Sequence record: MK327931.1
DNA length: 64,000 nt
Direction: 5' to 3' (one strand)
The notes beneath the pieces were generated by a model. It searched no databases, was not told the DNA's origin, and saw only the letters and a list, made by a program, of their open reading frames with translations. Below are positions 16,872 through 27,615 of this stretch, one piece after another. Each line of letters starts with the position of its first letter. Position 1 is the stretch's first letter. The position numbers and the translations under genes are program-made.

Positions 16872-19691
16872 TTATTTCCAACGTGTACCTGGACCTGATG
16901 GTACACCAGTACTGGCAGGTATCGCTGAACCACGTTTCGTTGTACTTGGACGATATGTCAAAAAACGAGTTACTTTTTCTGTATCAATTGAAGTTATTCC
17001 TGAAGTTCCAGTAACTATCTTACCAATGTAAGTGCTAGTTAAAGATTCATCAATTGTTTCAGTACTAATAACATATGACGCTTTCTTAGTATTCCTGTTC
17101 ATTTGTATATACAAATAGAACGTAGTATTAGCTGGGTTACTTTTTACAGTACTTAAATCAACACTTTGTATAGGTAGTCTGTCGAAAATTCCACCTAAAA
17201 ACACCGGAACTTCACGTGTAAAGTACACTGAGAATCCTTGTGCAACGTCTTGTGATACTACCACAATCTTTTCTTTAACGCTACCATTTCCACTAATTAA
17301 ACCATCCATTTCAGCAGATGTTGTACCAAAAACGCTGAATACAGATTTGGTTTGATAGTCAGAATCTTGAAAATTGTAATATCCAAAACCAACACCAGGA
17401 ATAACACCATGTTGATATGCTGCACCAAGTTGGATGTAACTAGATGATAAAAAACGATTTGATGTTATGACACCATCTACTGTTTTAGCTATCATCATCT
17501 TAAATTGTGCATTACCTGGTTGTGAAAATTGATGAACAGCATCAACACCAATGTAACCAAATCCTGAATATTTTGCAACTGTTAGACCAGTACAACGTTT
17601 CATATATGCTTCAGTAATAATTCCTGTAACAGAACTAAGTGTCTCATATCTAGTACTTACCAATGTAGCTGAAGTTATGTTAGATCCAGATAATACAACA
17701 TCAACTTCGGCATAGATTGCATAACCTTGGTTATTGTTAAGATTATATGCTGAAACTACTGCAATGGATTTAGAAAAAGTATTATCAGGTACATAATATA
17801 ATACAATTTGTCCAGATAGTGTACCAACAATGCCAGAGTTTCCTAGATTAGCAAAAATATCTTGTTTTAATGATTCTAATACCGTTGGTTCTATTGTATA
17901 TGTTTCATCAAATTCTAAAGTATCTGGGTTTAATAATCCACCACTTGTTTTATATACACCTTCAATGAATGATGTTCCATAACATCTAACACTACCATCG
18001 GTATCAACAAGAGAAATCATAGCAGTGTATGTAAAATCATCACCTATTTGTTTACGATTAGATTGTGGTGCAAAACCATTTAATGTAGTATTATTTTGAA
18101 CTGAGTTATATTGATATGTTGGTTGTGAGCCTATTTCAGAAAAAACAGTATTATTATAATTATATGTTACATCATCATACGTACCAGAACATGCTAATAA
18201 TATTTTTCTATTATCGATGAAACGTACACCTAATAGGTTTGCACCAACAGCACTACCAAAAACTGGTAAAACGTTTGCATTTATAACGTTACTTGCGGAT
18301 CTAGTACTAGCAACCCATGAATCAAACGGTGTACCACTAACCTTATATCGTTGTAGACCATAAAATTCAGTTGAACTCCATCTAAATTTAGATGCAAATA
18401 CTAAACCATCTTTGGTTTGACATAAACCACCTGCGTTTCCTAATACACCAGCAGCAGTTGTCCCAGTAAAGTTGACCATATTGATTTCAAATGGGTTAGA
18501 AACTTGAAATCCATTATCATATGAAACTGTAGCAGGAGCACGAGCAGAACCATCTAGTGACATAGATTTTGAGTTTATATTATAAACAAAACTGATACCA
18601 GTACCATACACTGTTGAAATATATAAAGGTGTAACCATTCTATGGGTTGGGTATAAAGTTACACGTATTTTGGATAAATCAGTACTAACGTTTGCTTGTA
18701 TATTAAAGTCTGTATAATCCGAAAATTCTACACGTGAGACTGGTGATGTAACTTCGAATAATGAATCCGAGCTAGTACCAACACTATATAATCTATCAAA
18801 CACTCTTATGTTATTAGATGCAGAATAACTTGTATTTCGAACAGTTTGCCCTGATAATCCAGTAACTTTTGTTAATGATGCCATTGAGCTTGCTTTCACA
18901 TCACTTAGCTCTACTGTATAAATTGAAAGTGCTAATCCTAAATTAGAAACACTTTTATCTTTACACCAAATATATACTTTTGTTCCAACAATATGAGTAT
19001 ATATAGGCATATCATTACCAAAAGAAGTACTTGGTACTTTAGCATGAATATGTGATACTTCGTTGAATGTACCATTAGTTATAGTAAAAATATAATTATC
19101 TTCTGTACTTAAACATCCAAGCATTTCATAACCATTAGAGCCAATAAAATACTTAATATTCTCTGTACTACTCATAATTGAAGGTTTATACATTGAATTG
19201 GTTGAAATAACACTTTCTTGTGAAATCATGGTTATATTTCTGATTTCTCGTATAAATGAATAATAAAAACCTTTAGTACTACCATTGGTTCCGCTACGCA
19301 GAACAACGGCGGTTCCATCATCTTCAATAATTGTTGGCTGAACTACTTGGTCACTTGACATAGGTGTAGCACCTTCATACGACCCACTTACGTTTAATGG
19401 CAAGTAATCCATTTCTCCTACACGTGATATAGGCAACATATCTAAAATACTTTGAACTTCTGAACGCTTATATATTGGATATTGAACAATTCCAGTATTG
19501 GCATTCGGTGAGGTTCCATTAAAAGTACGCATAGCGTACCTTTGTCCAATTGCCAAGTTCCCAAGGATCTCGGCACTTCCTATAATTCGTTTTGATGACA
19601 TCTTTCTTTTCCTTAATTTACCAACCAATTGTACCAGTTTCTGATGGTTTTCCAGTACTGACTGGGAATGAAGAACCTTTTTGTGTAACAC
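16872..19691 (-). CDS. Virion structural/tail-associated protein (likely start MSSKRII near 19601)
   Basis: S/T/N/G-rich; paralogous N- and C-termini with 20217-22913. Confidence 0.6.
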   Translation of the reverse strand: MLHKKVLHSQSVLENHQKLVQLVGKLRKRKMSSKRIIGSAEILGNLAIGQRYAMRTFNGTSPNANTGIVQYPIYKRSEVQSILDMLPISRVGEMDYLPLNVSGSYEGATPMSSDQVVQPTIIEDDGTAVVLRSGTNGSTKGFYYSFIREIRNITMISQESVISTNSMYKPSIMSSTENIKYFIGSNGYEMLGCLSTEDNYIFTITNGTFNEVSHIHAKVPSTSFGNDMPIYTHIVGTKVYIWCKDKSVSNLGLALSIYTVELSDVKASSMASLTKVTGLSGQTVRNTSYSASNNIRVFDRLYSVGTSSDSLFEVTSPVSRVEFSDYTDFNIQANVSTDLSKIRVTLYPTHRMVTPLYISTVYGTGISFVYNINSKSMSLDGSARAPATVSYDNGFQVSNPFEINMVNFTGTTAAGVLGNAGGLCQTKDGLVFASKFRWSSTEFYGLQRYKVSGTPFDSWVASTRSASNVINANVLPVFGSAVGANLLGVRFIDNRKILLACSGTYDDVTYNYNNTVFSEIGSQPTYQYNSVQNNTTLNGFAPQSNRKQIGDDFTYTAMISLVDTDGSVRCYGTSFIEGVYKTSGGLLNPDTLEFDETYTIEPTVLESLKQDIFANLGNSGIVGTLSGQIVLYYVPDNTFSKSIAVVSAYNLNNNQGYAIYAEVDVVLSGSNITSATLVSTRYETLSSVTGIITEAYMKRCTGLTVAKYSGFGYIGVDAVHQFSQPGNAQFKMMIAKTVDGVITSNRFLSSSYIQLGAAYQHGVIPGVGFGYYNFQDSDYQTKSVFSVFGTTSAEMDGLISGNGSVKEKIVVVSQDVAQGFSVYFTREVPVFLGGIFDRLPIQSVDLSTVKSNPANTTFYLYIQMNRNTKKASYVISTETIDESLTSTYIGKIVTGTSGITSIDTEKVTRFLTYRPSTTKRGSAIPASTGVPSGPGTRWK

Positions 19692-20205
19692 TAGGTCTAT
19701 ATGTACTAAATCTGGATACTTTATTAATGTTTATATTTGTAATACCACTTGTACCAACGGTCAGTGTTCCAATAAACATTATAATTTCAGATTCTTGTAT
19801 TTGTGTTGGTGATATTTTATAAATTGGTTCACCGAGAACTAACGTTGCATATACATATTGTGTTTGTGTTCCAGATGAAACAGTTGAAGCAAAAATAGAA
19901 ACTGCTGGAAATTTATAAAGATAACCACCAATAAATGATGGTATCTGTCTATTAAATGTAAGACTATAGCCTGATGAAGTAATATTTAGACTAGCGTCAT
20001 CATACAATTCTCCGTATTGTGTAAGTGGTAATCCATTGACAATAAAGTTAACTTCATCTTTGGTAATAGAGGGGAATGTACATTCCCCATTTGAATTTGT
20101 TGGGTAATAAGTCATATTATTACCTAATACACCAAGTCCAGTACTTTTACCCTGTACTGTAACTTGTTGCATTGCCTTAAGGTCTGCTCTTATTTTAAAT
20201 GCCAT
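19618..20205 (-). CDS. Short structural protein sharing the C-terminal domain of its neighbours
   Basis: KVSRFSTYRPS...GSSFPVSTGKPSETGTIGW. Confidence 0.6.
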   Translation of the reverse strand: MAFKIRADLKAMQQVTVQGKSTGLGVLGNNMTYYPTNSNGECTFPSITKDEVNFIVNGLPLTQYGELYDDASLNITSSGYSLTFNRQIPSFIGGYLYKFPAVSIFASTVSSGTQTQYVYATLVLGEPIYKISPTQIQESEIIMFIGTLTVGTSGITNININKVSRFSTYRPSVTQKGSSFPVSTGKPSETGTIGW

Positions 20206-20216
20206 TATGTAATCCT

Positions 20217-22913
20217 TTACCAGTTTATGGTTCCTGTTTGTGATGGTAGACCGTAGCTAACTGGGAACGATGAACCTGCTGATTCAAGTGAAGCACCAAA
20301 TATATCTAAACGTGAACGTTTTTGTATATTAATAGTTTCGATTTGAATTGCGTTAGTTTGAATAGTACCTATCCAAAAAATATTATATGCAGTTGTTCCT
20401 GTTTCGGAAATAACATCAGTAGTTATGTAGTAGTTTGCCAACCCTTGTTCTAATTTAACATATACATAAAATGTTGTATTTGCTGGATTAGATTTTATAG
20501 TTCTCAAATCAATATTTGAAACTGGTAGTGTAAAAGACTTACCTGATAGTATAACTGGTGTTTCCTCTGTAAAATAAACAATAAACCCTTGAGCAACGTC
20601 TTGTGATACTACGTTAATTGGGCTACCTTGTGGAGTCCAGTTATTATAGTCGGCTATCGTTGTTCCATATTTTTGAAATGACATTTTATTTGTATAATCC
20701 AGTGGATCAAAAATACCAAATCCAATACCAGGCAACGCAGTGGGTTGTCTTCCTTGTTCATAACTGGCATGAGAACCAGTAATAACAAAACTTGTAAATT
20801 GTGCAGTTGATTTAGTTACATATGCTCTAAATTGATGAGTTGCTGTATTTCCTATTGTTGGATGTGTTAATGGGTCAGAACCACCAATGAAGTAGAATGA
20901 ACCACCATCATAAATTGTTAACCCAACAGAAGAAGATGCAATCGAACCATTACCATTAGGTGTAAAGTTTTCACCATATGTATTTTCTAGTACTAAACGC
21001 TTAAAGGTAATAGATGTTATATTTCCAACTCTAGTATTAACGTTAACTTCAGCAATTCTAATATAGTTTTTATAGTCATTTGTTATAGTACTCAACATAA
21101 CAAAAGCCGGAATGTCAGTTTGTTGTGGAACAAATAATGTCATATCACGATAAGCTTGTGAAGATAAGTTCCAGTCACTTAGAACTTTAGCATATTCTGT
21201 ATTTCTAAAGTTATCTAGAACTGATTGTGTAACACTAATAACACCAGTACCATTTAAGTTTTTATCATATGAAAATGATTGTGAATAACGTTGACCAACC
21301 ATAAAAATACCGCCATTAGTTGTTACAGTTGAACCTGAAATACTACTAATGAAAATTCTATTATTGGCATTATCATCTACATAACCACGTTCAGTTGTAG
21401 GTTCATAACCTTGTATGGTTCCTAAAGATAATGATTTAAATGTAAAATTAGGAGTACTTTTATGAACTGCATATGATGGTCTAAACCCACCACTACCAGA
21501 CGCACGTGAATATTGTTTAGTACTATTATCTGGTAACAACTCCACACCATTAATAAATGAACCAACTGCTGAACCAAAGGATGGTCTAACAACTCCACCT
21601 TTAAAATCAGTTGATTGTACTGCACGAACGTTAATCATACTATAAACAATTTGTATAGGAAACTTTGCTTTTTGCATAAGTAATGGTTCTGCTAAGTTTG
21701 GACACACAGTACAAAAAGCTTCACCTGAACTTAAGTAAAAATAAGAACTATAAATGTTTCTTGCATTAGCATGATTATATAATGGATCATTATTTAAAAC
21801 GTTACCTGTAGGCACTAATGCAGAACCAGTATTGGTTATAACCAATGGTGCTTGATATGAACCTATGTCATTCCCAGCGTCTAGGGTGCATTGTTTAGTA
21901 CTCATATTAAATGCAAAGCTGTAGCTATGTTGTGGTCGGGCATTATATGTCGCCATTGTAAACCATGCATCACCATTCATTCTAAAACGAAAGTTCTGTG
22001 TTCCTGGTTGCTGTGCAACATACAAATCAATGGATGTCATATAAATCCCAATACCACGTAGGTTTTGTGGTACATACACATAAGGCTTATCTGCTATATT
22101 AGTTGAAGTTACTTGATTAGTAATAACCATGTTATTCTGTGCAGAATAAGTTGTATTATAGAATGTTTTTGTAGTCCATCCTGTAATACGAGTTGCCGTA
22201 TATGTTCCATTGCTAATATTATATACAACTCGGACAACAACTAACTGTAGTTGGTTATTTTCATTAAGAACACTAAAGACATAGATTGAACCATCTTCAG
22301 CCATCATTGCAAATTCTATACCACCTTCAGGGCAAATATCTGCTTGATTTACAAAAAAACCAGTATGTAATTTATCATCTAATGTACCATTAGTAATAGA
22401 AATAAACAATCCATTAGTACTGTTAGAAGTGTCTACATATCTACCGAGTAAAATATTTGGATCAGTATTGTATAAGCCAATTGCGACGCGATTTGAACCG
22501 AAAAAACCAGGCTTGTATTGACGACTGGTGTTAATTGTACGGCTCATGTCATCAACTGATAATGCGTTAGCCAAATATGAATAATATAATCCCTCAACAC
22601 TACCGTTTGTACCACTACGTAATAATACGAGTGTACCATCGTTTTCTAATAAAATTTTATTTCTACGTTGGGACTGGTTTTCAGATGCACCATTGAAATC
22701 ACCAGATACACCAGCAGGAAGATAGTTTTGTGACCCATAATGGGAAATTGGCATCATACTGACGATATCTAGTACTTCATCTCTTGAATAAGTATCTAGC
22801 TCCATATTGCCATTAGCATCAAATACTTGATCATTGATACCTTGTATTGTTCTTTTACCATTAACTGTCACATTATGTGTGACATCCAAGCCACCATATA
22901 TTTTCTTTGACAT
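20217..22913 (-). CDS. Virion structural/tail-associated protein, paralog of 16872
   Basis: Shared MxPIS...YLP..VSG, LRSGTNGS and VVSQDVAQGF motifs. Confidence 0.6.
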   Translation of the reverse strand: MSKKIYGGLDVTHNVTVNGKRTIQGINDQVFDANGNMELDTYSRDEVLDIVSMMPISHYGSQNYLPAGVSGDFNGASENQSQRRNKILLENDGTLVLLRSGTNGSVEGLYYSYLANALSVDDMSRTINTSRQYKPGFFGSNRVAIGLYNTDPNILLGRYVDTSNSTNGLFISITNGTLDDKLHTGFFVNQADICPEGGIEFAMMAEDGSIYVFSVLNENNQLQLVVVRVVYNISNGTYTATRITGWTTKTFYNTTYSAQNNMVITNQVTSTNIADKPYVYVPQNLRGIGIYMTSIDLYVAQQPGTQNFRFRMNGDAWFTMATYNARPQHSYSFAFNMSTKQCTLDAGNDIGSYQAPLVITNTGSALVPTGNVLNNDPLYNHANARNIYSSYFYLSSGEAFCTVCPNLAEPLLMQKAKFPIQIVYSMINVRAVQSTDFKGGVVRPSFGSAVGSFINGVELLPDNSTKQYSRASGSGGFRPSYAVHKSTPNFTFKSLSLGTIQGYEPTTERGYVDDNANNRIFISSISGSTVTTNGGIFMVGQRYSQSFSYDKNLNGTGVISVTQSVLDNFRNTEYAKVLSDWNLSSQAYRDMTLFVPQQTDIPAFVMLSTITNDYKNYIRIAEVNVNTRVGNITSITFKRLVLENTYGENFTPNGNGSIASSSVGLTIYDGGSFYFIGGSDPLTHPTIGNTATHQFRAYVTKSTAQFTSFVITGSHASYEQGRQPTALPGIGFGIFDPLDYTNKMSFQKYGTTIADYNNWTPQGSPINVVSQDVAQGFIVYFTEETPVILSGKSFTLPVSNIDLRTIKSNPANTTFYVYVKLEQGLANYYITTDVISETGTTAYNIFWIGTIQTNAIQIETINIQKRSRLDIFGASLESAGSSFPVSYGLPSQTGTINW

Positions 22914-22962
22914 TATATATCCCTTATAAATTAGATATTAGTTAATGTATTTATATACATAA

Positions 22963-22987
22963 CAAAAAAGCACCCAATGGGTGCTTA
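22963..22987 (-). terminator. Rho-independent terminator
   Basis: AAGCACCC-ATT-GGGTGCTT + T-run. Confidence 0.7.
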
Positions 22988-22989
22988 TG

Positions 22990-23460
22990 TTAAAAATCTT
23001 TATTTTTATATAGTATTCTTTGATTATTTGAACCACGGAAAGGTAATTTTAAATTCTTTTCGGACTCGATAAACTTACCATCAACTAATACATCTAAGTA
23101 CTGAAGTATATCTTTAGCATGATTTTTCATAATCTCATCTAAAGTATACCCACTCCAGCACCAAATAGTTTTACTAGGATAAGTTTCTTTAACTACTTTG
23201 CATAGATTTAAAACTTCATCTATATTCTTTTTCATTAATGGATCGCCGCCTAGAAGTGACAAACCACTAACATATGGTTTTTTTAGTTCCTGTAGTATAA
23301 TCTCAACTGTTTCAGTACTGAACTCTTGTCCACTTCGGTAGTCCCATGCTTCTTCATTGAAGCAACCATCACATCCGTGCGAACACCCACTAACAAATAA
23401 AGAGCAGCGAACGCCCTCTCCATTTACTAAATCATCCTTGATTATCGTCTGGTAATTCAT
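22990..23460 (-). CDS. nrdG: Anaerobic ribonucleotide reductase activating protein (radical SAM)
   Basis: NGEGVRCSLFVSGCSHGCDGCFN, GGDPL, FRGSNNQR. Confidence 0.97.
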   Translation of the reverse strand: MNYQTIIKDDLVNGEGVRCSLFVSGCSHGCDGCFNEEAWDYRSGQEFSTETVEIILQELKKPYVSGLSLLGGDPLMKKNIDEVLNLCKVVKETYPSKTIWCWSGYTLDEIMKNHAKDILQYLDVLVDGKFIESEKNLKLPFRGSNNQRILYKNKDF

Positions 23461-23764
23461 CTAATATTGCACTCACTATTTCGACAAGAACATCGCCGTG
23501 ACATGATTTTGGTTTACAGAAACAACCAAGGCGTTTCCCTGCGAGTTCAAGTAATTCATCAATCTTAACTTCTCCACAAGAAATACGTTCAATAATGTAT
23601 TCTCTGAATTTTTCAATTGATTCTTCTCTTGTACTAACAATGAATTCGGCTTTAGTTTGTTTATCTTTAATATGGGTAAATGGGTTTCCCCATTTAGACC
23701 CACGTCCAATATACACATCATACGGTTCTTTGTATTTGTTAACCACAATTGGCTTTAAATCCAT
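23432..23764 (-). CDS. DUF4326-like protein
   Basis: YDVYIGRGSKWGNPF ... LGCFCKPKSCHGDVL. Confidence 0.85.
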   Translation of the reverse strand: MDLKPIVVNKYKEPYDVYIGRGSKWGNPFTHIKDKQTKAEFIVSTREESIEKFREYIIERISCGEVKIDELLELAGKRLGCFCKPKSCHGDVLVEIVSAILDELPDDNQG

Positions 23765-23772
23765 AATTTACC

Positions 23773-25578
23773 TTATTTGTGCTGAATACGCTCACAACAC
23801 TCTTGTTGTTTGCCTTTATTGAATCCACGCGAAGAAGGATTACCCAAGTAACCAGAAACACGACGAATCACTGAGATTGTCTTCTCATTACGATTATCAC
23901 ATACCGGACAGTGGAAACCATGTTTATCTACACTGAACTCACCCTGGAAGCCACATTCATAACAATGGTCAACTGGTTGGTTAATACCAAAATATGGTAT
24001 CTTAGTGTACGCATAGTTAACTAATGTTTCAAGTGCTTGAATGTTGTTTGCTAAGTTTGGAGATTCAACATAACTGATGTTTCCACCGTTACTTAGGTAA
24101 GCAAACCCTTCTTCATAACTCCATTTATCAAATGGAGAACTTTCTACCCATACTGGTTGATGGAAGGAATTTGTGATGTAATCACGTTTTAGTACTGAAG
24201 GATATTTTGCTTCAATGCAACGTGCAAATTTATAACAAAGCGACTCTGCTGGAGTTCCATATAGACTAAAAGCAATATTACTTTCTTTTTTGAACTCATC
24301 ACATTTTACTTTCATATAATTCAGTACTGACATACAAAACTCCTTACTGATAGAACCAGTGAGGATTTCTGAACATTCAACAAGACCAACATAACCAATA
24401 CTAATACTAGCATAACCATTGTAAAATAGCTTGTCAATGGTTTCTTCTGCACCTAAACGTGCTAATGCACCTTCCATGAACAAAATTGGATTCTGCTTCG
24501 CTTTAGTGCCTTTTAAACGCTCCACACGGTTCATCTGAGCACGATATGCAATATTCATGTGCTCGTCTATCTTATCAAAAAACTCTCCATCAGAAGCACT
24601 CTCAAGAGCAATTAGAGGTAAATTGATAGAAACTACGCCTAAATTGAAACGACCGTTGTATTGTTCATTTCCATTTGAATCTTCCCATTTTCCTAAGAAT
24701 GAACGACAGCCCATCGGTGTTACAGCAGTACTACTACTTCCAGTCACTTTGTGATTTAATGGAACTGAAACAAAGTCTGGGTAGATTCGTTTTGATGCAC
24801 AACGCATAGCTAACTGTTTAAGGTCATAATTACTATCATTGGTATTCATGTTTATACCATCTTGTAAAAAGAAAATTACTTTAGGAAACACTGGAGTAAT
24901 CTTATCTTTACCTAAACCATTCTCATGAACTTTTAAGTACTGTTCAGTGATTAATTTACCAAATTTAGAAGTATTAAGCCCTAAACTAAGAGAAATGAAT
25001 GCAGCTTGTCCATTAGTGCTAATCATTGAATTAGTCTGGTAAAGTAATGTTTGACATCCATCGTATACTTCTTTTCGTAATTCTTCTTCAATGAACTCAT
25101 CACTTAGATTATATTTCTTTTGTTTTTCTAACAGCTTATCCCATGACTTTTGGACGTAAGGTTCAAGACCAACGTCAATATGAGCCAACGATTGTCCACC
25201 GTACTGGGAACTGGCAACAGCTTGGACAATTTGTGTCAGTACTGTGCAAGCTACACTGAAACTTTTTGGTTCTTCAATTTTAGCACAACCAATAGTGAAG
25301 CCGTTTTTAAGCATATCAGGATAGTTAACCAAGCAACAATTGGTCAATGGGCTAATATAGTAATCTAAATCATGAATATGACCATATCCATCATTATGCC
25401 ATTGCATTAACTCGGTGGGAATAACATCTTGTGAATAATGCTTAGATAGAATACCTGCTAGTAAATCTCTATGTGTATTGACGCATTTTGCATCTTTATT
25501 AGCGTTTTCATTAGTAAGATCAGTATTACTCTGATTTAGGAAATTTGTTACATCGGTATATAATTTATCTAATTGCAT
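23773..25578 (-). CDS. nrdD: Anaerobic ribonucleoside-triphosphate reductase (class III)
   Basis: HIHDLDY, TPMGCRS, FNLGVVSIN, YGTPAESL, C-terminal Zn site and RRVSGYLG glycyl-radical loop; start moved to MQLDKL on AAGGA SD. Confidence 0.98.
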   Translation of the reverse strand: MQLDKLYTDVTNFLNQSNTDLTNENANKDAKCVNTHRDLLAGILSKHYSQDVIPTELMQWHNDGYGHIHDLDYYISPLTNCCLVNYPDMLKNGFTIGCAKIEEPKSFSVACTVLTQIVQAVASSQYGGQSLAHIDVGLEPYVQKSWDKLLEKQKKYNLSDEFIEEELRKEVYDGCQTLLYQTNSMISTNGQAAFISLSLGLNTSKFGKLITEQYLKVHENGLGKDKITPVFPKVIFFLQDGINMNTNDSNYDLKQLAMRCASKRIYPDFVSVPLNHKVTGSSSTAVTPMGCRSFLGKWEDSNGNEQYNGRFNLGVVSINLPLIALESASDGEFFDKIDEHMNIAYRAQMNRVERLKGTKAKQNPILFMEGALARLGAEETIDKLFYNGYASISIGYVGLVECSEILTGSISKEFCMSVLNYMKVKCDEFKKESNIAFSLYGTPAESLCYKFARCIEAKYPSVLKRDYITNSFHQPVWVESSPFDKWSYEEGFAYLSNGGNISYVESPNLANNIQALETLVNYAYTKIPYFGINQPVDHCYECGFQGEFSVDKHGFHCPVCDNRNEKTISVIRRVSGYLGNPSSRGFNKGKQQECCERIQHK

Positions 25579-25716
25579 TGTACATTCCTTGTATTTTGAA
25601 ATCATCTGGGGGTGAAGATATTTAATATCACCAGACAACATTATAGCGTCAGAACAGGTTATTTCTCTTGACCTATATCAAGGAAAAGTCACATTGCTTT
25701 TTATTTGCACAAATAG

Positions 25717-25741
25717 AAAAAGCACCACAAGGGTGCTTTTA
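25717..25741. terminator. Bidirectional-type terminator
   Basis: AAAAAGCACC-ACAAG-GGTGCTTTT. Confidence 0.65.
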
Positions 25742-25841
25742 AAGTACTGCTAATATAACAACTGCCCAAATTAGCAGTAATACATTGGTTGGTGCGGAAA
25801 AAAGCATATATGCAGCAAGTGCACTGCAACCTATGACAAGT

Positions 25842-26078
25842 TTAGCTAGTCTCATCTGGACTCCATGTAATAGTTACTGTGAACGTCCCTTCTTGAAAAC
25901 CAAACTCATCTTGTGGGATTTGTTCAGCTAATGGGTTAAATCTTGAATCGAAGGCTTCATGCACATCTCTCTGAATATCATAGAGACTTTCACCATCGTA
26001 TTCTTTTTTAAAGATTTCATTCTGCATTGATACGTAACGACCCTCGTATTCTGTCTGGATAGCCATCAAATAGTTCAA
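25842..26078 (-). CDS. Hypothetical protein
   Basis: Packed ORF. Confidence 0.6.
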   Translation of the reverse strand: MNYLMAIQTEYEGRYVSMQNEIFKKEYDGESLYDIQRDVHEAFDSRFNPLAEQIPQDEFGFQEGTFTVTITWSPDETS

Positions 26079-26427
26079 TAAGTTGGTTTAACGCATAAGA
26101 ACTGAAGAATGGATTATTCTTTGCAATTTCTATTCGTTTTTCAATATCCATTAATATAATCTCTGGTCTACTGAAATTACCTTTACGTCTATATGTTAGT
26201 AAACGCTCTTTGTGTCCGTTGAACTGAAATTCAAAATATGTTGATGATGTATAATCACTTCCATCAGGAATCGGAATTGAGAAATCAACATTGTACTTAT
26301 AACCAAATGCAAAAAAATAACCACCATCTTCGAACGGTATAGTTGTATCATTTAGGTGGAAATCTATTTCATCTCCTAATATATCAAATATCTTGGTACT
26401 TAGAGACATAAAATCATCGGCTAACAT
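26017..26427 (-). CDS. Hypothetical protein
   Basis: Packed ORF. Confidence 0.6.
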   Translation of the reverse strand: MLADDFMSLSTKIFDILGDEIDFHLNDTTIPFEDGGYFFAFGYKYNVDFSIPIPDGSDYTSSTYFEFQFNGHKERLLTYRRKGNFSRPEIILMDIEKRIEIAKNNPFFSSYALNQLIELFDGYPDRIRGSLRINAE

Positions 26428-26437
26428 TTTTTTTACC

Positions 26438-26656
26438 TTATTTTATAACTCGACAGTAGTACTGAATAATGTAAGGAAATAATGGATTATTCACGTATGT
26501 AGCGAAATTAGCTATTGTAACTTTTTTATAGTACGAATTATGAATTGTTATAAGAGTGTGGGGATCTATTGATTCTCTATTAGAGAGTTCAACATAACGC
26601 CCACACTTCATATAAGCCTTACCATAATAATCGTAAATTATGTCATATTTTTCCAT
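26438..26656 (-). CDS. Hypothetical protein
   Basis: Packed ORF. Confidence 0.55.
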   Translation of the reverse strand: MEKYDIIYDYYGKAYMKCGRYVELSNRESIDPHTLITIHNSYYKKVTIANFATYVNNPLFPYIIQYYCRVIK

Positions 26657-27016
26657 TTATTCTGGATCTTTGTTTTTATCAACTGTGTTGTTTTTATTTA
26701 AATCAATTTGTAAAGCCATTGCAGCTTCAGCATTTTCTTCATGTGTGCCATTGAATTTATACCCATTCTTAATGAGATTCACTGTGTAGTACTTATTGTA
26801 AAGAAATGCCCACACGACCATTGCAATTGTACCCACAATCCAAAATGACACTGCGTTGAGGATGAAGTAAATTACAAATGCACCGATGAACGTAATAAAG
26901 TCACCACGAAACAATGCAGGGAATGGTCCAAAGAATAGTGTTGTCCATGAGAATCCAAAGAAACCATCTTTGCGTTGTCCTACATTTTCATTTTTTAAAG
27001 AAATAGTTTTAGCCAT
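26657..27016 (-). CDS. HrgC/DUF2628-like membrane protein
   Basis: GFSWTTLFFGPFPALFRGD, TM segments, YNKYY..LIKNGY. Confidence 0.65.
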   Translation of the reverse strand: MAKTISLKNENVGQRKDGFFGFSWTTLFFGPFPALFRGDFITFIGAFVIYFILNAVSFWIVGTIAMVVWAFLYNKYYTVNLIKNGYKFNGTHEENAEAAMALQIDLNKNNTVDKNKDPE

Positions 27017-27025
27017 TTTAATCTC

Positions 27026-27250
27026 CTACTTATTATTTGGGTTTGGTATACAGTACACATATACTAGATTACTAAAGTGTTCAGTACTGGAATATTTTGC
27101 TAACTCAGTAATGTGAAAGTTCTTGTCATAAAACCTTCCACTATTGAATGTTGTTATTTGGCAACAATGTATAGGTCTGAAAATATAATAATAAAATATA
27201 TCATTTTCAACTACAACAGTATGGTTTGTATAACGCTCGATTTTCTTCAT
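27026..27250 (-). CDS. Hypothetical protein
   Basis: Packed ORF. Confidence 0.55.
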   Translation of the reverse strand: MKKIERYTNHTVVVENDIFYYYIFRPIHCCQITTFNSGRFYDKNFHITELAKYSSTEHFSNLVYVYCIPNPNNK

Positions 27251-27615
27251 GTGTGGATAATTTCCTTAACCCCGTATTCCATAATTGCTAATGTGCAAAT
27301 TTCACATGGTTTGGCAGGTACAGGAATTCCATCTTTACTTATCCGTGCAATCAGTAAAGTATGAACATCAGCACGAGCAGCCAGTAAACATGAAATTTCA
27401 GCATGAAGAAACTCACCTTGCGGTCGCCCAGCACGAATGGCGAAACCCTTCTGTACTGGGTGAGTCTGTGTATAAGAATTTGTGCGAGTTGCCAGTACTC
27501 GACCTTTTTTATCCAGTGCACGAGCAATCACACGATACCGCTTGTAGTTCCCTACTTGCTCAATAGGTGGCATCCGGCGTAATTCTTCAACAAGTTTCTC
27601 CAATTTACTATTCAT
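27247..27615 (-). CDS. Zinc-dependent cytidine/deoxycytidylate deaminase-like protein
   Basis: LHAEI ... AKPCEIC. Confidence 0.85.
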   Translation of the reverse strand: MNSKLEKLVEELRRMPPIEQVGNYKRYRVIARALDKKGRVLATRTNSYTQTHPVQKGFAIRAGRPQGEFLHAEISCLLAARADVHTLLIARISKDGIPVPAKPCEICTLAIMEYGVKEIIHT

